Assembly: GCA_964649825.1 (NCBI GenBank)
Contig: CAZYQW010000147.1
Span: 15,217 to 79,216 of the forward strand
Source: an uncultured Phycisphaeraceae bacterium
GTDB lineage: Bacteria; Planctomycetota; B15-G4; JADJEK01
Length of the DNA: 64,000 nt
Direction of reading: 5' to 3'
Shown here: positions 55,636-64,000 of the stretch, one piece after another
Layout: every line of letters starts with the position of its first letter
How positions within the stretch are numbered: position 1 is the stretch's first letter
Notes under the pieces: generated by a model
What the model was told of the DNA's origin: nothing
Database searches by the model: none
Seen by the model: only the letters and a program-made list of their open reading frames with translations
Translations under genes and position numbers: made by a program

Positions 55636-58554
55636 ATGATATCGACCACGAGGGCCGGAGAACACGAGCAACACGAACCCGCCGCCGCGCGCCTCGTCGA
55701 CGATCGACGCGGCGCGGGCGGATGGGGCGAGGGCGTCGTCGCCGGGCTGGTCGCGCTCCTCCTTGCGTCGACGTTCCTGATCCGCGGCCTGCCGCCGGGG
55801 GTCGCACCCGTCTGCGTCGATCCCCTCTACGCCGACGTCCACGCCGTCCCGTTCAGCGAGGTGAGGCCGGACGGCTTCGAGGCGCACAACGCGTATCTCT
55901 CCGACCACGCGCTCGTCTTCTATCCGTGGCTCCGCTTCATGTCGGAGGCGGTGCGCGGCGGCGAGATCCCGTGGTGGACGCCGCACTCGGGCGGGGGCGT
56001 CCCGTTCATCGGCAACCTGTCGTCGGCGTTCTTCTTCCCGACCACGTGGCTGTCGTTCCTTCCGCCGGACGTGATGACGGTCGCGCGCGGGATGTGGTTC
56101 GCGGCCGTGATCCGTCTCGTCGTCGCCGGTCTGTTCGGGTTCCTCTTCCTCCGCCGGCTCGGCTTCGGGCGCGCGGGTTCGGCGGCGGGCGGCGTCGGGT
56201 TCATGCTGTTCGGCTACCAGGTGGTCTGGCTGTTCTACTCGCTGTCGAACGTCGCGTGCCTCATCCCGCTCTGTCTCTTCCTGACCGACCGGTTCGCCTC
56301 CCGGCCGTCGGCGGGGCGGGGCGCGGCCCTTGCGGTCGTCCTCGCGCTCCAGTTCCTCGGGGGGCACGCCGAGACGTCGGTCGCGACCGCGATCGCGGCG
56401 GGCGCGTGGTTCGTCGCCCGCGCGACCGCGCCGGATCGTCCCCGGCCGGTGGCGGGGATGCTCGCCAGGTTCGCCGGCGTCGGGGTCGCGTCGCTCGGGC
56501 TCTGCGCGTTCCAACTGCTCCCGTTCGTCGAGTACCTGATGCGCTCGTGGGGGCGCCTGGAGCGGCTGACGGCGCGGCCGCCGACGTTCGATCGCCTCGA
56601 CCTGGACTCGATGATGGGCCTGGTCGCGGCGAGCGTCGGAGGCGCGGCGCTGGTCCTTGGATTCCGCCGCCTGCGTGACGCCGGCCGCGCGGTGCTCCGG
56701 CCCGGGATCGCCGGCGGAGTTCTCCTGGCGATCGGAATCGCCGCGCTTCTGCCGCTCGGACTGCGGCCGCAGCTCCTGCTCTTGTTCGAGCCGGATCTGT
56801 TCGGCAGCCCCCTCACCGGCGGGTACCGAGGCCCCGAGACCTATACGGACGTGAACGGGGGCTACGCCGGCGCGTTCGCCGCGGTCCTCGCGGTCTTGTA
56901 CGTGCTCGGCGGTGCGAACCGGCGGGTCGCGACGACGTTCGGCTCGCTGTTCGCGTTCGCCTGGATCCTGCCTGGTCACGTCGAACCGTTCCATTCGCTG
57001 CTGAAGTCGATCCCTCCGTTCGACCTCGCCGCGAACACGCGCATGCTTCCGCTCTCCGGCGTCGCGATCTCGGTCCTCGCCGCCGCCGCCGTCGACCAGT
57101 GGGTCCGGCGCGGCGCGCGCGACCTCGTGCGCGCCGCACTTCGGCTCGCGATCGCGGTCGTGATCGTGATCGGCGCGAGCGCGACGTTCCCGTGGTTCGC
57201 GGGCCTCGTCGCCACCGAGGATGCCGAGGCGGCCGCCGGCGGAGTCGCCTGGGTCAGCCCGAGCCCCGAGGACGATGCTCGGCTCGAACCGACGATCACG
57301 GCGCGAAGGACGGGGAGGTTGGTCGTATCGATGACGCTGGACGTTCCGGCGGGGACGACCGACCTCGCCGTCCACGCGGGCGACGGTTACGCGGCGAGGA
57401 GACGCGTGGACCCGACGGTGACGGCGGCCGGCGGTCCGGTGACCGTCGAATGGGACGCGACGCGCTTCGAGCCGGGCCGCTACACCTTGGTGCCCGTCGC
57501 CACCGACGCGGGCGGCGTGGAGACCCGGGGGGCGCCGCTCGCGCTCTGGATCGATCGCTCGCCGCACCTCACGATGCACGGCGCCGTCCGCCTCGCGATC
57601 ATCCTCCTCCTTCTTCTGCCGCTGGCGTCGCTCCTCGCGGCGCACGCCGTCATCCTCGCGTGGATCGTGCCAGTCGTGATCGCGGTCGAGCTCTTCTTGT
57701 TCGGGTTCGACTACAACGCGTACGTCGACGAATCGATCGTCTACCCGCCCACGTCGGTCACGGACTTCCTTCGCGCCGAGGACGCTCGTTGGCGCCTCGA
57801 GGGACGAGGCCCGTTCCGCGTGCTGACCGAGAACGTGATCCTCCAGCCGAACATGCACTACGCGTACGACCTGCAGACGCCGCGCAGCTACGACCAGCTC
57901 GAGAACGCTCGGTTCAACCAGTTCCGCGCGGACGCGTTCCAAGGTGCAGGCATGATGTCGTACAACCGTCACACGATCGACTACCAGAGCCCGCTCCTCG
58001 GCGTCCTGAACGTCGCGTACATCGTGACCGCCGATCGGCTCGATTCGATCCCGACGCTGGAGCTCGCCCACGAGTCGTCGGCCGGGCGCGTCTATCGCAA
58101 TCGTTCGGTGCTCGACCGGGCGTTCGTGGTGGGGGACGCGCTGGACCTGCGCGCGAGGTCCCGCGCCGAGCTGCTCGCCTACGATCCACGAACGACGGCG
58201 TTCCTCGAGGTGCCGCCGCCCGCGCCACTGGGCGGCCGGGGAACGGCGCGCATCGAGTCCTACCGCCTGAACGAGGTCGTCGTGGACGTCGAAGCGGACG
58301 GCTCGGCCCTGCTCGTTCTCACGGACAACGACTTTCCCGGTTGGTCGGCCACGGTGAACGGCTCCGACGCTCCCATCCTCCGCACCCATCTCACGTTCCG
58401 AGCCGTGCCGGTGTCTGCCGGCGCGAGTCGAGTAGTCTTCTCGTACCGGCCTGGCTCGGTGCGAGTCGGCTTCATCCTCGCCGCTCTATCCGCCCTGGCG
58501 CTCGTGGGGGCTGGAATCGGGGCGGGAATCCGTGCGGGGCCGCGACGTCGTTGA
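55636..58554 (+). CDS. YfhO-family (GT-C-like) membrane protein with an inserted Ig-like domain
   Basis: PWWTPHSGGG.PF.GN.....FFP, FLGGHAET, FQLLPFVEY, LDRAFVV and NDFPGWSATVNG..APILRTHLTFRAV.V.AG..RVVFSYRP; insertion with VEWDATRFEPGRYTLVPVATD. Confidence 0.85.
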   Translation: MISTTRAGEHEQHEPAAARLVDDRRGAGGWGEGVVAGLVALLLASTFLIRGLPPGVAPVCVDPLYADVHAVPFSEVRPDGFEAHNAYLSDHALVFYPWLRFMSEAVRGGEIPWWTPHSGGGVPFIGNLSSAFFFPTTWLSFLPPDVMTVARGMWFAAVIRLVVAGLFGFLFLRRLGFGRAGSAAGGVGFMLFGYQVVWLFYSLSNVACLIPLCLFLTDRFASRPSAGRGAALAVVLALQFLGGHAETSVATAIAAGAWFVARATAPDRPRPVAGMLARFAGVGVASLGLCAFQLLPFVEYLMRSWGRLERLTARPPTFDRLDLDSMMGLVAASVGGAALVLGFRRLRDAGRAVLRPGIAGGVLLAIGIAALLPLGLRPQLLLLFEPDLFGSPLTGGYRGPETYTDVNGGYAGAFAAVLAVLYVLGGANRRVATTFGSLFAFAWILPGHVEPFHSLLKSIPPFDLAANTRMLPLSGVAISVLAAAAVDQWVRRGARDLVRAALRLAIAVVIVIGASATFPWFAGLVATEDAEAAAGGVAWVSPSPEDDARLEPTITARRTGRLVVSMTLDVPAGTTDLAVHAGDGYAARRRVDPTVTAAGGPVTVEWDATRFEPGRYTLVPVATDAGGVETRGAPLALWIDRSPHLTMHGAVRLAIILLLLLPLASLLAAHAVILAWIVPVVIAVELFLFGFDYNAYVDESIVYPPTSVTDFLRAEDARWRLEGRGPFRVLTENVILQPNMHYAYDLQTPRSYDQLENARFNQFRADAFQGAGMMSYNRHTIDYQSPLLGVLNVAYIVTADRLDSIPTLELAHESSAGRVYRNRSVLDRAFVVGDALDLRARSRAELLAYDPRTTAFLEVPPPAPLGGRGTARIESYRLNEVVVDVEADGSALLVLTDNDFPGWSATVNGSDAPILRTHLTFRAVPVSAGASRVVFSYRPGSVRVGFILAALSALALVGAGIGAGIRAGPRRR

Positions 58555-58614
58555 AACGGACATGGCGCGACCGTCGGGCGTGCCGTACAATCCTTCGGCG
58601 CCGAACGGACAGAC

Positions 58615-59355
58615 ATGAGAACCCACGCGCACGCTTTCCTCATCATCTTGTTCCTTGCCACCGTCGTGTCGGGCCTCGTGCTCGGCCAAGGCATGACGTA
58701 CTTCACCGCCTTCGCGGACTCGTTCGACGACGATCCGGTCGGCGCCGTCCCGTTCGACATCGCGAAGCCAGGACAGAAGACGATCAAGAGCTCGCTCGGG
58801 ACGATCCTCGGCGGGGCGACCGACAAACGTGGCATCATCGAAGTGCGCCCGGCGGCGGGCTCCTCGACGAACCACGTGCTCCGCATCAGCGACGAGAAGA
58901 TCCTCGACGGCACCGGCCACAGCGAGGCGCACATCATCCCGGACCTGGGCGCCGGGCCCGGCGAAGTCATCGTGCGGTTCGACCTGCGGATCGGACGAAT
59001 GTCCGGGGATACGTTCGTCTGCTCGATCGTCGACAATCGGACCACCCCCGGAACCGGACGGCTCGTGCTGATCAACGTGCTCTCCGAGGGGATGATGCTC
59101 GTCAACGGCTTGACGATCCCGGTCCACCTCACGATCTCCGCGACCTACCACATCACGGTGCGGCTCGACCTGCAGCAGGGCCCGGACACGTTCACCGTGA
59201 AGGTGGTGGAGAAGAACGGTCCCCTGAACTACGAGACCGCGCCGCTGCCGACGATGGTCGACACGCTCATCGTCAACGAGGTCGTGTTCAGCCTCACCGA
59301 CAAGGGACACGGCTGGTTCGACATCGACAACGTCCAGATCCAGCACGTTCTCTAA
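58615..59355 (+). CDS. Hypothetical secreted beta-rich protein (possibly ConA/LamG-like)
   Basis: Signal peptide; ADSFDDD; beta-strand pattern; ends GWFDIDNVQI. Confidence 0.55.
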   Translation: MRTHAHAFLIILFLATVVSGLVLGQGMTYFTAFADSFDDDPVGAVPFDIAKPGQKTIKSSLGTILGGATDKRGIIEVRPAAGSSTNHVLRISDEKILDGTGHSEAHIIPDLGAGPGEVIVRFDLRIGRMSGDTFVCSIVDNRTTPGTGRLVLINVLSEGMMLVNGLTIPVHLTISATYHITVRLDLQQGPDTFTVKVVEKNGPLNYETAPLPTMVDTLIVNEVVFSLTDKGHGWFDIDNVQIQHVL

Positions 59356-59768
59356 GCCGCGGCGTACCTGTGAACGATCGTTCCGTACGCTTGTAACCGC
59401 TTGCGCTCAAACCTCCGAACGCGTTGATGTGAACGATCATTCCAACCCGATGCCGTCTTTTTGTTTCGACTGTGAAACACATCGCAGCGTGGCCGTGGCG
59501 TGGTTGGCCCGAAGGGGTTGCCGGAGGGTCTGAGCGGGCCCGATCCGAACGATCTGAAGCAACATCCTGCCGAATCTGCCTCGAATCCACCCAGATCGGA
59601 CCGAGTGGCCCGCGGCTTGCGGTGTCCCCCGTCGCTTGGGAGTGAGTGCTTGCTGGCACTCGATGGTCTGGCCGACAGCAGACCAGCATCCGGAGAACTC
59701 AGATCTCCGGGAGGAGAGACGAGGAATTCGGCAGTCGGCTTCGAGCAGCGTCGAAGCCGGCGAATCTT

Positions 59769-59814
59769 GAGGGCGACACCCGATGGGAGAGCCGGGTGTC
59801 GCTCTCTTCTTTTT
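59769..59814 (+). terminator. Intrinsic (rho-independent) terminator
   Basis: 14-bp stem GAGGGCGACACCCG / CGGGTGTCGCTCTC (one G-U pair), followed by TTCTTTTT. Confidence 0.75.
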
Positions 59815-60111
59815 CCCGAGCCGGTCGTCGCGCATGCCGCGCGAATCGATGCTCGCGCCCACCGCTTCGCGGCGTCGCCCGTCGTTCATCCTCTCGCGCG
59901 GACCGTACGCGCGAGATAGGCTGCGCCAGCGACTTGCGACGAACGCGAGGATGCCGCTGTCGTACCGCGTGGTTCGCGCCCCGGCTTGAGCAACTCTCAA
60001 GAAAAGCCTTGCGCGAGGCCGACAGGTTCATCATCCAGGACTATGGTGGGACCGATGGCGTGGGGCGCCGAATGCGTGGCGCCTACGGGTTCCCCGCAGG
60101 AGGCTCGCAGA

Positions 60112-62154
<2,043 letters not shown>

Positions 62155-62157
62155 ACC

Positions 62158-63273
62158 GTGCCTCGTGACAACCTGAAGTCGCTGCGCAAGATCGACAAGG
62201 ACCGCAACCGGTTCCACGAGATCGTCCGCGGACGCATCAAGAAGGATCTGAAGAAGTACGTGCGCCAGCACGAGATGCTCGGCCGCAAGGGCAAGAACAT
62301 CGTCACGATCCCGATGCCGCAGATCGAGCTGCCGCACTTTCGCTACGGGCCGAACCCGAAGGGCGTCGGACAGGGCGACGGCGATCAGGGCGATCCCGTC
62401 GACACCGGCGACGGCGCGGGACAAGCCGGTGATCAGCCGGGGCGGCACGTCCTCGAGGTCGAGGTCACGCTCGATGAGCTGGCGCAGATCCTGGGTGACG
62501 AGCTCGAGCTGCCGAAGATCCAGCCGCGCGGCGAGAACCGCATCGAGTCGTACACGGGACGCTACACGAGCGTGCGGCGAAGCGGTCCGGAGTCCCTGCG
62601 CCACTTCAAGCGCACCTACCGGCAGGCGCTGCGCCGGCAGATCATCGCCGGCACGTACGACCCGGAGAATCCGGTGATCGTCCCGATCCGCGAGGATCGC
62701 CGTTACCGATCGCGCAAGGAGGTGCTCGTCCCCGACTTCAACGCCGTCATCATTTACATGATGGACGTCTCCGGCTCGATGGGGAAGGAGCAGAAGGAGG
62801 TGGTGCGGACCGAGTCGTTCTGGATCGACACGTGGCTGCGGTCCCAGTACAAGAACCTCGAGGTGCGCTACATCGTGCACGACGCGGCGGCTCGCGAAGT
62901 CGATCGCGAGACCTTCTATCACCTGCGCGAGAGCGGCGGCACGAAGATCTCGTCGGCGTACGAACTGTGCGCACGGATGATCGAGGCGCAGTTCCCGCCG
63001 TCCGAGTGGAACATCTACCCGTTTCACTTCTCCGACGGCGACAACTGGAGCGGGCGAGACACCGAGCGCTGCGTCAAGCTGTTGAACGAGGTGATGCTCC
63101 CGAACGTGAACATCTTCTGCTACGGCCAGGTTCGCTCCGCATACGGAAGCGGTCAGTTCAAGAAGGACCTCGATCGCGCCTTTCCCGACGATCCGCGCAT
63201 CATCTCGTCCGACATTCCGGACCGAGACGGGATCCTCGACTCGATCCGTGAGTTCCTGGGGACCGGCCGATGA
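62158..63273 (+). CDS. yeaH: YeaH/YhbH (DUF444) family protein
   Basis: DRYRSR-like RRYRSR...[25 protein letters not shown] and [14 protein letters not shown]; directly follows prkA. Confidence 0.93.
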   Translation: MPRDNLKSLRKIDKDRNRFHEIVRGRIKKDLKKYVRQHEMLGRKGKNIVTIPMPQIELPHFRYGPNPKGVGQGDGDQGDPVDTGDGAGQAGDQPGRHVLEVEVTLDELAQILGDELELPKIQPRGENRIESYTGRYTSVRRSGPESLRHFKRTYRQALRRQIIAGTYDPENPVIVPIREDRRYRSRKEVLVPDFNAVIIYMMDVSGSMGKEQKEVVRTESFWIDTWLRSQYKNLEVRYIVHDAAAREVDRETFYHLRESGGTKISSAYELCARMIEAQFPPSEWNIYPFHFSDGDNWSGRDTERCVKLLNEVMLPNVNIFCYGQVRSAYGSGQFKKDLDRAFPDDPRIISSDIPDRDGILDSIREFLGTGR

Positions 63274-64000
63274 GCACGAACCTAACGCCGGAGCTCGAAG
63301 CGGCCCGACGAGAGATCGAGGCGTTCGCCACCGGCTACGGCCTCGACTTCTTCGAGACGATCTTCGAGGTGCTCGACGCGGATCAACTGAACGAGGTCGC
63401 CGCCTTCGGCGGATTCCCGACGCGCTATCCCCATTGGCGTTTCGGGATGGAATACAACCAGCTCGAGAAGGGGTACTCCTACGGGCTCTCGAAGATCTAC
63501 GAGCTCGTCATCAACAACGACCCGTGCTACGCCTACCTGATGCGGTCGAACGCGTTGGTCGACCAGAAGCTCGTGATGGCGCACGTCTACGGGCACTGCG
63601 ACTTCTTCAAGAACAACCTGTGGTTCTCGAAGACCGACCGCAAGATGATGGACCACATGGCGAACCACGGCACCGTGATTCGCCGGTGGATCGATCGCGT
63701 CGGGCTCGAGGAGGTCGAGCGATTCCTGGACGCGTGTCTCTCGCTCGACAACCTGATCGATCCGCACTCGGTGTTCATCCGCCGGGCCGCGAAGCCGGCG
63801 TCGCGGGACCGCGCGATCGCGGAGGAGCTGGTCAAGTTCAAGAGCAAGGGATACATGGACTCCTTCGTCAACCCGAAGGAAGCGACCGAGCGCGAGAGGG
63901 CTCGGATCCGCCATGAGGCCGAGCAGGACGAGAAGTTCCCGCCGCGGCCCGTGCGGGACGTGCTTCAGTTCCTGCTCGATCACGCCCCGCTGCAGCGGTG
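63270..64000 (+). CDS. spoVR: SpoVR/YcgB family protein (3'-truncated by the window; not in the ORF track)
   Basis: Hand-translated from ATG 63270 (overlaps the yeaH stop): [33 protein letters not shown]...[12 protein letters not shown]...[15 protein letters not shown]...[14 protein letters not shown]. Confidence 0.95.
   Translation, partial: MSTNLTPELEAARREIEAFATGYGLDFFETIFEVLDADQLNEVAAFGGFPTRYPHWRFGMEYNQLEKGYSYGLSKIYELVINNDPCYAYLMRSNALVDQKLVMAHVYGHCDFFKNNLWFSKTDRKMMDHMANHGTVIRRWIDRVGLEEVERFLDACLSLDNLIDPHSVFIRRAAKPASRDRAIAEELVKFKSKGYMDSFVNPKEATERERARIRHEAEQDEKFPPRPVRDVLQFLLDHAPLQR

Noticed and set aside
55597-58389. N-terminal 931 aa of the 1171-aa minus ORF
   Set aside because: Antisense to YfhO and Arg-rich; GT2 motifs begin at ATG 55596.

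Overview
High-GC (about 70% by eye) bacterial DNA, probably an uncultured Planctomycetota genome (inferred from the secreted-protein repertoire; unverified). About 40 real genes sit among many antisense shadow ORFs. In order: a partial GT4; a two-gene operon of a Cys-containing peptide and a DUF692/MNIO enzyme; an SBBP surface protein; a flavoprotein and an MFS; four glycosyltransferases; lepB; an EndoQ-UvrD fusion; a heparinase II/III-like lyase; a B12 radical SAM; HEAT and carboxypeptidase-regulatory-like proteins. Then comes a lower-GC block of about 10 kb (26-36 kb). It encodes three FGE/SUMF1-fold proteins, a secreted vWA protein resembling the extracytoplasmic part of PpkA but with no kinase, and a fused TagT/TagS-like ABC transporter. 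This looks like a T6SS-trigger-like sensing module with no T6SS in the window, and it is my top candidate for an undescribed system. After it: an ECF sigma/anti-sigma pair, two secreted proteins, an ACT protein, YfhO, trpS, two 51-aa metallothionein-like genes (one absent from the ORF track, one hidden inside a longer ORF), a membrane-anchored TIR-nSTAND1-beta-propeller protein with a Walker A K-to-T change, a GT2/YfhO glycosylation module, a hairpin-rich intergenic RNA candidate, and prkA-yeaH-spoVR. All family assignments come from motif recognition and memory, not database searches.
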